Counted from the stretch's first letter, positions 1 to 8,995 are shown. The stretch: 43,470 nucleotides of DNA from Candidatus Aminicenantales bacterium (GCA_049512315.1 JBEKXF010000001.1:201340-244809); one strand, 5' to 3'. Program-made: numbers and translations. Notes: generated from the letters alone by a model not told the origin.

Positions 1-63
1 GACGGCCGGAAGCCCGGCGGCCTGAGGTTTTCGGCGAGCAGCGCTTGAAGTTATTCTTTTCAT
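1..63 (-). CDS. N-terminal fragment of an unknown protein running off the window (MKRITSSAARRKPQAAGLPAV...)
   Basis: ATG at 63 on the minus strand, preceded by SD-like TTGGAG and an upstream TTGACA; the frame is open to the window edge. Too short to assign a function. Confidence 0.4.
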   Translation of the reverse strand, partial: MKRITSSAARRKPQAAGLPAV

Positions 64-208
64 GAGAAGCAACTCCAATTTATCCAATAAACTGCGAGTC
101 CCTGTCAAGGCGGATGTTATGCTGGTTAGCCAGGAATGGCCGAAGCGACATTTAGCCGGGAGTAGCCTTCCCGAATCGTTCTTAGATAGAGTAGATAGAT
201 TAGCGGAC

Positions 209-229
209 GCAGGGGGATGTCCCCCTTGC
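209..229. terminator. GC-rich hairpin immediately downstream of the ligD-PE stop, possible terminator
   Basis: GCAGGGGGA-TG-TCCCCCTTGC inverted repeat; no clear U-tract. Confidence 0.3.
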
Positions 230-697
230 CTAGGTTTGGTCCTTGAGCTTGAAGAAAAGCCAGTTCTTGTCCCCGCCTTCCCTGGCCTTGATCCGGATCA
301 GGGCGAACCGCCCGCGAAGCCGCCGCCCCGAGATCTCCACGATCATCTTGTCCGGCGTCGTTTCGAGCGGACGATATTCACCCCGGTCCCAGATCTCGAC
401 GGTCCCGGCGCCGTACTCGGGTTCCGGGATCGTCCCTTCGAAATCTTCGTATCCGAGGGGATGGTCCTCGGTCTGGACGGCCAGGCGCTTGACCCCTTCC
501 CTGTTGACGGGGACTTTGGGAACGGCCCAGCTCTTCAGCACACCCCGTTCCTCAAGCCTCAGATCGTAATGAAGGCGCGAGGCCTGATGTTTCTGGACGA
601 CATAAACCAGCCCCCCTCCGGTTTTCCCGGCCCGCGATTCCGGAGGCTCGGAGGTCCGGCCGAAGTCCCGCTTCTCTTGATATTCTTTGAGGCTCAC
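230..697 (-). CDS. Stand-alone DNA ligase D 3'-phosphoesterase (PE) domain protein
   Basis: Signature motifs YQEKRDF..T.EP, VVQKHQASRLHYDLRLE, SWAVPK, RLAVQTEDHPLGY, YGAGTVEIWDRG; GTG start. Confidence 0.93.
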   Translation of the reverse strand: MSLKEYQEKRDFGRTSEPPESRAGKTGGGLVYVVQKHQASRLHYDLRLEERGVLKSWAVPKVPVNREGVKRLAVQTEDHPLGYEDFEGTIPEPEYGAGTVEIWDRGEYRPLETTPDKMIVEISGRRLRGRFALIRIKAREGGDKNWLFFKLKDQT

Positions 698-734
698 GGC
701 GGGTCTCCCTTGAAGCCGTCCTGGCTCAGAAAGC

Positions 735-1814
735 TCAGCGGTGGAGGAAACACCTCTCGCAATCGACCTCGCCGGGCCTCCGGGTAGCGATCATAGCCAG
801 CCCCAGCTCGTTGGCCCGGTCGATGACCTCCTGGTCTTTGATGGAGCCGAGCGGGTAGATGACGGCCGTGATCCCGTTCTTGGCCGCGAGTTCCACGACG
901 TCGGGAAACGGCATGAAGGCGTCGGAGGCCAGGACGCATCCTTCCGGCCCGTAGCCGCGGCGCGACAGCCGGATGGCGTCCTCGGTCGAATCGATGCGGC
1001 TCCTCTGCCCCGACCCGATGCCGTGGGTCTTGTCGGCCTGGCCGATCACGACGGCGTTGGAGCGGGTGAACGTGGCCACGGTCCAATTGAAGATCGCGGC
1101 CCGGACTTCTTCGTCGCTCGGCCTCCGGGCTGAGACGACGTCCACAGATTCGGGCGAGACGATCTTCGAATCGAATCGCTTCTGGACGAGGAGGCCGCCG
1201 GCCACCCGCTTGATCTCGAGGCCGTTATCCACCGATGCCGCCTCGAGGGAAGTCCCCATCCGGACGATGCGGAGGACTTTCCTCGCGGCCAGGACCTCGA
1301 GGGCCTGGGGGACGAATCCCGGTGCGTAGACGACCTCGACGTTCCGCGGGCTCTCGACGAGCAACCGGGCCAGGGGCTCGGTCACCGGGTAGTTGAAAAC
1401 GCCGACGCTGCCGAAGTTCGACAGGGAATCGCACTTCCAGGCCTTCTCGAATGTCCCGACCTCGTCGTCGCCGAGGGCGACGCCGCTCGGCATTTCGTGT
1501 TTGATCAGGACGCAGGCCTTGCGGCCCTTGAACACCTCGGTGAGCTTCCTGGCCAGTCTCTGGCCGAGGTCCATGTCGCCGACGTTGATGTAACTCAGTC
1601 CCTTGGTCCCTTCCTGAAGGAGCTCGATATTCCCCATGTTCGGCCCGGAGGCCCCGGCTTCCTGATAAAAGGCCGCCGGATAGCCAGGGTTCTCGCCGTA
1701 GCGCATCGGGAATTTCTTGACGAACCGGGTCTCGCCGAAAGGCAGGACTTCCGGAAAATCCTCCTTGACCTTGGTCCGATACTGGGTTCGCGCGGTGTGT
1801 TCAGGCTTGTCCAT
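735..1814 (-). CDS. purH: AICAR transformylase (PurH C-terminal domain only, no MGS-like IMP cyclohydrolase domain)
   Basis: MRYGENP, LSYIN, IKH..PSG, SNAVV, GSGQRSRIDS, LASDAFMPFPD, PLGSIKDQEVI, RCFLH motifs; start taken at MDKPEH (1814), 4 nt after the upstream gene. Confidence 0.88.
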   Translation of the reverse strand: MDKPEHTARTQYRTKVKEDFPEVLPFGETRFVKKFPMRYGENPGYPAAFYQEAGASGPNMGNIELLQEGTKGLSYINVGDMDLGQRLARKLTEVFKGRKACVLIKHEMPSGVALGDDEVGTFEKAWKCDSLSNFGSVGVFNYPVTEPLARLLVESPRNVEVVYAPGFVPQALEVLAARKVLRIVRMGTSLEAASVDNGLEIKRVAGGLLVQKRFDSKIVSPESVDVVSARRPSDEEVRAAIFNWTVATFTRSNAVVIGQADKTHGIGSGQRSRIDSTEDAIRLSRRGYGPEGCVLASDAFMPFPDVVELAAKNGITAVIYPLGSIKDQEVIDRANELGLAMIATRRPGEVDCERCFLHR

Positions 1815-1818
1815 TCTT

Positions 1819-2553
1819 TCAGGTCCTTTCATGCCTGTTGATGACGTGGAGATCGTGGGCCGCGGGGTCGGCCAGGGAAACGAAGACGCAGGCCACGGCC
1901 ACCCGGAAGTCCTTCTCCGGGGCCCGCGGCCCAAGCGCCTCGTAGACGCTTTTGGCCGTTTCCCGCGGCGTCGTCTCTTCGAGGAGCATCTCCCGGGGCT
2001 CCCCTTCGAAGCAAGGGAGCGGATCGCTGTTCTGCCCCTGATAGGTCGAGATCAGGCCGGCCTTGCCCGGACGGATAGGCACTTCGAAAAAGCTCCGGAG
2101 CGTTACCCCCCCCGGTCCGCGGCGGACAAGGCTCAACCCGGCGGCGCCGGCCCGGACGCAGCCGCTAATCCGGGGTGTGAAGATGGGAGGATCGGGCTCG
2201 TAATCCCAGCCCTCCAGGGCCCCGGCGAGGACGGAAACGGGGTTCCCCTCTCTGGCCAGCCGGTCCCGGATGACTGTCGTCTGCTTGCCGTTGGAGACGG
2301 CAATCCCTCTCTCGTGGAAGAGGACGGCGGGATAAACGAGGAGGTCGACGTTGCCTTTTTGAAGGAGGTCCTCGTCGGTCGGCTGGACCCAGACGCCTGC
2401 GTCCCGGAAAACGAGCTTCCGGGCCTGGCTCGACGGCGACCGGCCCGTGATGGCATAGATGATCACGACCTTGTTCCCGCCGGGCGCCGTCCCCAGCGAT
2501 ATGAGACGTCCCGGGTATTCGAACGTCGAAAGAATTCCTGGCGTTGGGCTCAT
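1819..2553 (-). CDS. purO: PurO-like (archaeal-type) IMP cyclohydrolase
   Basis: YPGR, YAITGRS..SQAR, LLVY, VSNGKQT, YEPDPPIFTPRISG, ISTY motifs of the IMP_cyclohyd family; adjacent to AICARFT-only purH. Confidence 0.85.
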   Translation of the reverse strand: MSPTPGILSTFEYPGRLISLGTAPGGNKVVIIYAITGRSPSSQARKLVFRDAGVWVQPTDEDLLQKGNVDLLVYPAVLFHERGIAVSNGKQTTVIRDRLAREGNPVSVLAGALEGWDYEPDPPIFTPRISGCVRAGAAGLSLVRRGPGGVTLRSFFEVPIRPGKAGLISTYQGQNSDPLPCFEGEPREMLLEETTPRETAKSVYEALGPRAPEKDFRVAVACVFVSLADPAAHDLHVINRHERT

Positions 2554-2620
2554 GGGGTGGTCCTCGAATCCCTATTGATAGCACAGGCAGCGCCGGGATG
2601 TCAAAGAGGCGACGTCCGGC

Positions 2621-2649
2621 TTGTGACGGCTGTCCGAATCTGCTAAAAT
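2621..2649 (+). promoter_or_regulatory. Putative sigma70 promoter for the LOG-rlpA unit
   Basis: TTGTGA-N17-TAAAAT with extended TG. Confidence 0.45.
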
Positions 2650-2696
2650 CGGGCCGCTTTGAGAGTCCCTCGTCAAATCCAGCCGTGAGGAAACCA

Positions 2697-3434
2697 ATGG
2701 CCAAACTCTTCCATCCCGATGAATATTATCGTGACCCGGCCTTCCTTGAATCCTTGGAGGGGCGGACCCTCAGGATCCTGAGCGAATACCTGGGGCCCAT
2801 GACCACGCTGGACAAGCACAAGATCAACAGCACCATCCTTTTCCTCGGTTCGGCCAAGGCCAACCCCGGCGATCCGGATTCCGTTCTCCACCGTTATTAT
2901 TGGGAGGTCGAGGAACTCGCCTACCTTCTCGCCAAGTGGGCCATCGGCCTGAAAAAAACGAAAAACAAGGATTTCGTCGTCTGCACGGGCGCGGGGCCGG
3001 GCATGATGGAAGCGGCCAACCGGGGCGCGGCCCGGGCCGGAGGGGAGACGATCGGCATGAACATCGCCCTCCCCCAGGCTCAGGAACCCAATCCCTACAT
3101 CACGCCGGACCTGTCGTTCACCTTCCATTATTTCTTCATGCGGAAGTTCTGGCTGGTTTACAAGGCCAGGGCCGTCGTCATCTGTCCCGGCGGCTATGGA
3201 ACGCTCGATGAGTTCTTCGAGATCATCACCCTGCTCCAGACGAGCAAGATCTCAAAGAAAGAGGTGACTCTTATCCTTTACGGTGAAGAGTACTGGCGCC
3301 AGGTGATCAATTTTGAAAGCCTGGTCAAAATGAAGGCGATCTGTGCCGAGGACCTTTCGCTCTTCACGTTCTGCTCCTCTCCCCCGGAAGCCTTCAATTT
3401 TCTGAAGAAGCGGTTCTCGGTATTCCTGAAATGA
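2697..3434 (+). CDS. LOG family (TIGR00730-like) nucleotide phosphoribohydrolase
   Basis: TGAGPGMMEAANRGA, FHYFFMRKFW and PGGYGTLDE motifs; start at MAKLF after GAGG. Confidence 0.9.
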   Translation: MAKLFHPDEYYRDPAFLESLEGRTLRILSEYLGPMTTLDKHKINSTILFLGSAKANPGDPDSVLHRYYWEVEELAYLLAKWAIGLKKTKNKDFVVCTGAGPGMMEAANRGAARAGGETIGMNIALPQAQEPNPYITPDLSFTFHYFFMRKFWLVYKARAVVICPGGYGTLDEFFEIITLLQTSKISKKEVTLILYGEEYWRQVINFESLVKMKAICAEDLSLFTFCSSPPEAFNFLKKRFSVFLK

Positions 3435-3472
3435 AGGGCGGGCCCGTGTTCTCCGGAGAGGGGGGGTTCCGG

Positions 3473-4108
3473 ATGAGGAGGGCCCTCCCCTGGCTTGCTC
3501 TTGTCCTCCTGGCCCTGGCTGGGCCGGCGTGCTCGCGTCTGAGCTATCGGCCTCCGCCCGGTCCCCGGGGCGGGGTCGAGGTCGGCCTCGCCTCATGGTA
3601 CGGGCGGGAATTCCACGGCCACCCGACCTCGAACCGGGAGATCTACAACATGAACGACATGACGGCGGCCCACCCCACGCTGCCCTTTGGGACGACCCTC
3701 ATGGTGACCAATCTGGACAACCAGCGCACGGCTGTCGTCCGGGTCAACGACCGGGGGCCTTTCGTCGGGGGTCGGATCATTGACGTGTCCTATGCCGCGG
3801 CCCGTGTCCTGGGGATGATCGGACCCGGAACGGCCAGGATCCGCCTGGAAGTCCTCGAGGGCTACGCCGCAGCCGTGCCGGCAGCCCGGTTCTCCGTCCA
3901 GGTCGGCGCGTTCGCCGTCCAGGAGAACGCCTACGTCCTCAGACGGCAGCTCGAGGCGCGCTACGAAGGGGTTTTTGTCACGACCTTCAAAACGCCGAAC
4001 CGCACCTATTTCCGGGTCCGGATCAGGGCCAAGGACAGGGACGAGGCGCTCCAGACGGCCCGTCGGCTGGCGGACGATGGCTTTCCCGTCATCCTGATGG
4101 AGGAATGA
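3473..4108 (+). CDS. rlpA: Septal ring lytic transglycosylase RlpA (lipoprotein, DPBB plus C-terminal SPOR domain)
   Basis: Signal peptide ending in Cys; GLASWYG, TAAHPTLPFGT, VRVNDRGPF, RIIDVS; SPOR motif VQVGAF. Alternative start at 3431. Confidence 0.92.
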   Translation: MRRALPWLALVLLALAGPACSRLSYRPPPGPRGGVEVGLASWYGREFHGHPTSNREIYNMNDMTAAHPTLPFGTTLMVTNLDNQRTAVVRVNDRGPFVGGRIIDVSYAAARVLGMIGPGTARIRLEVLEGYAAAVPAARFSVQVGAFAVQENAYVLRRQLEARYEGVFVTTFKTPNRTYFRVRIRAKDRDEALQTARRLADDGFPVILMEE

Positions 4109-4126
4109 GCGGGCTTCGCGGCGTGT

Positions 4127-5182
4127 CTATTTCTTTTTTTTATAGAGCCCGGCGCAGTCCTTGAGTTTGTTCTCGACCCCGTCGTGGGCCGCGTACTTTC
4201 CCCCTTCATAGATCCCGGCGGAACCGAACGCGCCTTTCTTGTTCAGGGCGTAAAAATGGAGCCCGAAATTGGGCAGACCGTCAGCGTCGCGCCAGCGGGG
4301 CGCGAGAGTCATCTTCCGGGAGACCTCCTCGCAGACCTTCAAGCAGGCCTGCTCCGGCGATACTCCCCGACCCATGAGGTCTACGATCTTGAAACTGGCG
4401 CAGGTCCGGAGGTTGGCCTCGCCCAGGCCCGTCGAACCAGCGGCCCCGATATTATTGTCCACGTAGAGCCCGGCGCCGATGATCGGCGAATCACCCACCC
4501 GGCCCGGGAGCTTCCAGGAGAGGCCGCTCGTCGTCGTGACGCCAGCCAGCCGGCCCGCCGCGTCCAGGGCGATGCAGTTGATGGTCCCGTAGGTCGTCAG
4601 GGCGGTCCGGAGCTCTTCCGGATGCCCGCTCGCCTCCGACGGCGGCCAGTCACCCTTCCCCCCCTGCTCCTTTTTCCAGCGGAGCCAGATCTCGCGGGCC
4701 TTTTCGGTCAGGAGGTTTTCTTTCTTGAATCCCTGGGCCAGGGCGAACTTCAGGGCCCCCTCGCCGACGAGAAGAACGTGGGGCGTTTTTTCCATGACAG
4801 ACCTGGCGACCTTGGAGGGGTTCTTGATATTCTGGAGAGAGGCCACGGCGCCGGCCGCGTGGGTGGGCCCGTACATGACGGAGGCGTCGAGCTCGACGAC
4901 CCCTTCGGCGTTCGGCAGACCTCCGTATCCCACGGACATGTCTTCAGGGTCGTCTTCGACGATATTGACCCCGGCGATAACGGCGTCCAGCGGATCTCCC
5001 CCGGCCTTGAGGACCTCCATGGCCTTTTCCGTCGCCCGGAGCCCGTTCCCGCTGGAGACAGCGCGCATCAGGCCCCTTTCCGAAGGTCCGGGATGGGCCT
5101 GGACTCGCCCGCCGGCAACGAGCGTCGCCACCCCGATCCCCACACCGGTCTTGATGAACTCCCGTCGTGAGTATCTGGACAT
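4127..5182 (-). CDS. Asparaginase-2 (Ntn) family: glycosylasparaginase / isoaspartyl peptidase, Tat-exported
   Basis: SRREFIK Tat motif; SVGYGGLPN, ELDASVM, YGTINC (nucleophilic Thr), TTTSGL..KLPGRVGDSPIIGAG, STGLGE. Confidence 0.88.
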   Translation of the reverse strand: MSRYSRREFIKTGVGIGVATLVAGGRVQAHPGPSERGLMRAVSSGNGLRATEKAMEVLKAGGDPLDAVIAGVNIVEDDPEDMSVGYGGLPNAEGVVELDASVMYGPTHAAGAVASLQNIKNPSKVARSVMEKTPHVLLVGEGALKFALAQGFKKENLLTEKAREIWLRWKKEQGGKGDWPPSEASGHPEELRTALTTYGTINCIALDAAGRLAGVTTTSGLSWKLPGRVGDSPIIGAGLYVDNNIGAAGSTGLGEANLRTCASFKIVDLMGRGVSPEQACLKVCEEVSRKMTLAPRWRDADGLPNFGLHFYALNKKGAFGSAGIYEGGKYAAHDGVENKLKDCAGLYKKKK

Positions 5183-5307
5183 GTGATTGTCCTCCTTTAA
5201 TCGTCATCCGCCATCGAGCATAACCTAACGGATTTCCGGCAAAGAAGCAATCATCCCTATTTGCTTGCGGAAGCCGTCCCCTTTCCTTAGATAGAGGTTC
5301 GAGGAAA

Positions 5308-5337
5308 TTGACAATGGCGGGAGCCTTATCTAAGATA
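5308..5337 (+). promoter_or_regulatory. Putative sigma70 promoter for the MFS gene with a palindrome overlapping the -10
   Basis: TTGACA-N17-TAAGAT; TATCT-A-AGATA palindrome at 5327-5337. Confidence 0.5.
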
Positions 5338-5350
5338 GGCCTCTTTTATC

Positions 5351-6526
5351 ATGAAAAATAGGATCCTCCTTTCCGGCTCGCTCTTCCACGCCCTCAACGA
5401 CGCGACGACGGTCGTCGTGCCCATGGTCTTCCCCCTTCTCTACGGCCGGAGTCCGCTCCTCACGAGCTATTCCCAGATCGGCCTCCTGTCCAACCTGGGG
5501 CTGCTGACGACCCTGGTTGTCCAGTTCCTGGTGGTCAAACTCTCTTTCCATGTCGAGTACAAGACGCTGATGCTCTGGAGCTTTATCGGGATCTGCCTGT
5601 CCCTGGCCCTGGTCCCCCTCGCGACCTCTTTTCTGACGCTCCTCGCTTTTTTCCTCTTCATGCGTGCGGTCACGGGCTTCTACCATCCGGTCATGATCGC
5701 CTGGATCTCCAAGTCGCAGCCCGCCCACGGCCTCGACCAGGCGATGGGCATCCAGTCCGGGTCCGGGAACATCGGCGTCCTCCTGGCTTTTCTCTCGGTG
5801 GGTTATCTGGCCCAGAAGTGGGACTGGAAAATGCCCCTCTTTGCCTGGTCCGTTTTCGGACTGGCCGTGGGAGCTCTGGGCTATCTCGTCATCAAGGGGA
5901 TCTCTTCAAAGAGCAATATCAAGCCGTCGCTCCATGTGCCTTCGTGGCTGAGGGTCCTCGGCCGGATCCGCCACCTCGTGCCGGGCTTTATCTTCGGCGG
6001 TATGGGCTGGTCCGTGACCATCTTTTACGCGCCGTCCCTGCTCAACCATCAGTTCTCCGTCCCCATCGGGCAGACGGGGCTTTACCTGTCCTTGTGGATC
6101 GCGCTGGGCACGGTTTCGGGATATGGATACGGTCATATCAGCCGCTGCCTCGGCCGGAGGACCGTCTTCCTCATGAGCATCGGCGTCGCGGCCCTGAGCC
6201 TGGCGGCCATCGGCTTCGCGCCGAGCCGGACCGTGGCCGTCTTGGGGCTTTTAATATTCGGCTTCTTCCTCCTGATGACCTATCCCTCCCTCCACACCTT
6301 CGTGGGAAGCAGCGTCCCCCATGGGGACCAGACCCAGGCTTTCAGCTGGGTGTCGAACATCCAGATCCTGGCCGGCGCCCTGGTGAGTCTTCTGGCGGGC
6401 GTCCTGTCCGACCGTTTCGGGATCAGGGCGCCGTTCCTCCTCGCGGCCGTCCTGGCCGCGTCGTGCTTCCTTTATTATTGCCTCCCGGGAAGGTTGCCTG
6501 CGTCCACCCGGGGAGAGGCCCTCTGA
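5351..6526 (+). CDS. MFS transporter (FSR-like)
   Basis: About 12 hydrophobic segments; H..ND N-terminal motif, FYHP, G.ISR.LGRR and G.LSDRFG loops. Confidence 0.88.
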   Translation: MKNRILLSGSLFHALNDATTVVVPMVFPLLYGRSPLLTSYSQIGLLSNLGLLTTLVVQFLVVKLSFHVEYKTLMLWSFIGICLSLALVPLATSFLTLLAFFLFMRAVTGFYHPVMIAWISKSQPAHGLDQAMGIQSGSGNIGVLLAFLSVGYLAQKWDWKMPLFAWSVFGLAVGALGYLVIKGISSKSNIKPSLHVPSWLRVLGRIRHLVPGFIFGGMGWSVTIFYAPSLLNHQFSVPIGQTGLYLSLWIALGTVSGYGYGHISRCLGRRTVFLMSIGVAALSLAAIGFAPSRTVAVLGLLIFGFFLLMTYPSLHTFVGSSVPHGDQTQAFSWVSNIQILAGALVSLLAGVLSDRFGIRAPFLLAAVLAASCFLYYCLPGRLPASTRGEAL

Positions 6527-6619
6527 GCTCTTTCCGTCGGCCGGCTGTCTCCGGACCGACCTGCGCCCCTTTCGGGCATGAGCTGGAAGGAAGGGAGGAA
6601 GGAAGGAAAGCGCGACGGG

Positions 6620-8995
6620 TCAGCGGGGAGGGCCCTGTTTCGACAGACTCTCCAGGAGCTGGACGAGGACCGTGTGGTCGCCTTCCGGGACTTCGAACTT
6701 CAGGGAGTCTCCCTTGAAAACGTCCACCTCCCGGCCGTCGATGAGGAGCTGATACTTCCCTTTGGCCAGGAACCGCAGCTTGAGGACCCGCCTCTTCAGG
6801 GTCTTGATCTCGAAGGAGACCTCGGACTCGTTGTAGAGGAAATGGCGGAAGACCGCTCCCCCGTCCCCCGAGAGGATCTCTTCGCCTTCCTCCCGGAGGG
6901 CCGTCCCTGAATCGGAGACCCTGACCTCATATTGCCGCCCTTGGATCGAAACGCGCGAGAGGGTCCCGCTGTGGTCGGGCTTGAGCATGCCGATCCGGAA
7001 GCCCTCCCACGGCGTAAAGTCCAGGTACTCCTCGACGGCTGGTAGGGCGAACAGGGGGCCCCAGCTCTGGTAGCGCTGGCCGCCGGGCTCGCCGCTCAGA
7101 CAATCGAAGTTCTCCGGGCAGATCTGGAAATTGGTCCAGGTCCGGAGGAACATCTCCGCGCTCTTCTTGGCGAATTCCGAGGCCACGGCGTCGAAGCCGT
7201 AGGCCTTGAGCCCCTGATAGACAAGATAGTTCGTCGGGGGCCAGATCGTTCCCCGCCAGTATTGCTGGGTTTCCGGCTTGAACGCCGGGTCGTCGCGGGA
7301 GATGGTCGGAAGGACATAATCGCCCCAGAACTTCTTCGGGTCGAGGAGCTGCTTGAGCATGCCCTGGGCCCTCTTCTCGTCGGGGATCCGGGCGATCAGA
7401 GGGAAGAAGCCCGAAGCGGATTGGTGAGCTGAGAACCTCCCGTCCCAGAGCCTGTCGAAGTAGAAGCCTCGCTTTTCATCCCAGAGCTGGCTGTTGACGA
7501 GGGATTTCATCTTCTCGTACTGGGCGACGTATCCCTCGGCGTCGCGGCTCAGCCCGAGGATCGCGGCGATCTGAGACAGGCACCAGGAGTCGAGGGCATA
7601 GAGAGAGTTGAGGTCGACGCAGTTCATCATCAGCGTCCCGCTCTCCTCGCTGAAAGGGACGTCATCCCAGTTGGGAAGGTCGTCCTGGCCCGATTCCCAG
7701 GCGGCCCGAATCCGTCCCGGAGCGTTCTTTTCCCAGGAAGGGACGTCTTTTGCGAGATGCTCGACGTCCGACCCCCATTCGAGGAGGCCGTCGCCGTTGC
7801 CGTCCCTGCGGGCGAGGCCGTTGGCTTTCTTGGCTGTCCAGAAATCGTGCCATTTCTGGAGGTAAGGGTAGGCGAAACGGAGAAGCTCCATGTCCCCCAG
7901 CTTCTGGAAGAGTTTCAGGACGACGTAGGCCCCGACGGGAGGCTGGGACCTGTCCGCCGTCCCGCCGAAGCGCCCCCGCCAGTTCGGGATGTTGCCGTTG
8001 GGATACTGGGTCTCGAGGACGGCCTTGACGGCGTCGATGGCCAGCTTCGAGCTCTCGATTGAAAGCTCGAGGCTGTTGAAGAAGGAGTCCCATTCGAAGA
8101 TCGTCCAGTGCTCTTCGCCGCCGCCCGGCCGGGGAAAGACCCAACCCCGTCCGGCCGGGGTGTACAGACGATGGCCGCCCGGCTGGTAAAGGACCATCCA
8201 GTGAAGGTTGTTCGTGATGGCTTCCGGGACCCCTTCATAGAGGCCCCGGATCTTGACCCGTTTCTGCTCGTACGCGCGGGCCTCCTCGTCGATGAGATCG
8301 TCGATGGCCATGGCATTCTTGTAGCGGTAGATCCGGTTGCTCAGTTCGCGCGGGTCGTCCCCGGCTCCGGCCACGAAGTAAATGCTCCGGTCGTCGGCCG
8401 TGGAAAACGCGAGGCCCAGCTCGCCCTGTCCTCCGGGGGCGGGTGTGCCAGGCCGGTTCGCCCAGAACAGGTAATGTTGCTGGTGGGCCTTTCCGCCCAG
8501 GCCTTGGACCTGGTTGTCCGGCAGAAGCGAGTAATCCCCTGAAAAATCCCAGGGGAAATAGTGGACGACCGTCACCTGGAGATCGGGCGGACACAGGATG
8601 CGGCCGATGACCGTCTTCTCATCGCGGCGCGACCATTCGATGGTCAGCGTCTGTTTCCTCCGCGGGGGCTTGAGCAGGACGGGCGTGTCTCCGGCTTTTT
8701 TGAACGGGAGGCCGAGATCGAACTTGACCCGGGCGTACTGACCGTCGGGAGAGTGGGGTCCGACCTGGGACGCGAGGTAGTAGAAATCGCCGCGCTCGGC
8801 GGTCTGCCCGCCCTTCTCCACCTTGAGGACGAAGGCGAACGCCGTCTCCTGGTCCGGGATAATGACGAGCCCGGGCCAGGCCGCGCCTTCGAGGGCGCCG
8901 ATGTAGGTCTCCTTCCAGGGGTAGAGAACTTCCGGCTTCAGGCTTGGGGCAAGGAGCAGGAAGAGAATCCCGACAAGTGCAACTCTTCTGATCAT
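6620..8995 (-). CDS. Secreted (alpha/alpha)6 glycoside hydrolase, GH63/MGH1-like (trehalase superfamily)
   Basis: Signal peptide MIRRVALVGILFLLLAP; FEWDSFF, DRSQPPVG, WESGQDD, VDLNS, YWRGTIWPPTNY, ENF motifs. Confidence 0.8.
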   Translation of the reverse strand: MIRRVALVGILFLLLAPSLKPEVLYPWKETYIGALEGAAWPGLVIIPDQETAFAFVLKVEKGGQTAERGDFYYLASQVGPHSPDGQYARVKFDLGLPFKKAGDTPVLLKPPRRKQTLTIEWSRRDEKTVIGRILCPPDLQVTVVHYFPWDFSGDYSLLPDNQVQGLGGKAHQQHYLFWANRPGTPAPGGQGELGLAFSTADDRSIYFVAGAGDDPRELSNRIYRYKNAMAIDDLIDEEARAYEQKRVKIRGLYEGVPEAITNNLHWMVLYQPGGHRLYTPAGRGWVFPRPGGGEEHWTIFEWDSFFNSLELSIESSKLAIDAVKAVLETQYPNGNIPNWRGRFGGTADRSQPPVGAYVVLKLFQKLGDMELLRFAYPYLQKWHDFWTAKKANGLARRDGNGDGLLEWGSDVEHLAKDVPSWEKNAPGRIRAAWESGQDDLPNWDDVPFSEESGTLMMNCVDLNSLYALDSWCLSQIAAILGLSRDAEGYVAQYEKMKSLVNSQLWDEKRGFYFDRLWDGRFSAHQSASGFFPLIARIPDEKRAQGMLKQLLDPKKFWGDYVLPTISRDDPAFKPETQQYWRGTIWPPTNYLVYQGLKAYGFDAVASEFAKKSAEMFLRTWTNFQICPENFDCLSGEPGGQRYQSWGPLFALPAVEEYLDFTPWEGFRIGMLKPDHSGTLSRVSIQGRQYEVRVSDSGTALREEGEEILSGDGGAVFRHFLYNESEVSFEIKTLKRRVLKLRFLAKGKYQLLIDGREVDVFKGDSLKFEVPEGDHTVLVQLLESLSKQGPPR

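Noticed and set aside
2554..2696. Possible ZTP riboswitch upstream of purO-purH (also checked before purF, 41059-41264)
   Set aside because: The conserved ZTP aptamer elements were not found by eye; only promoter-like boxes and generic hairpins are present.
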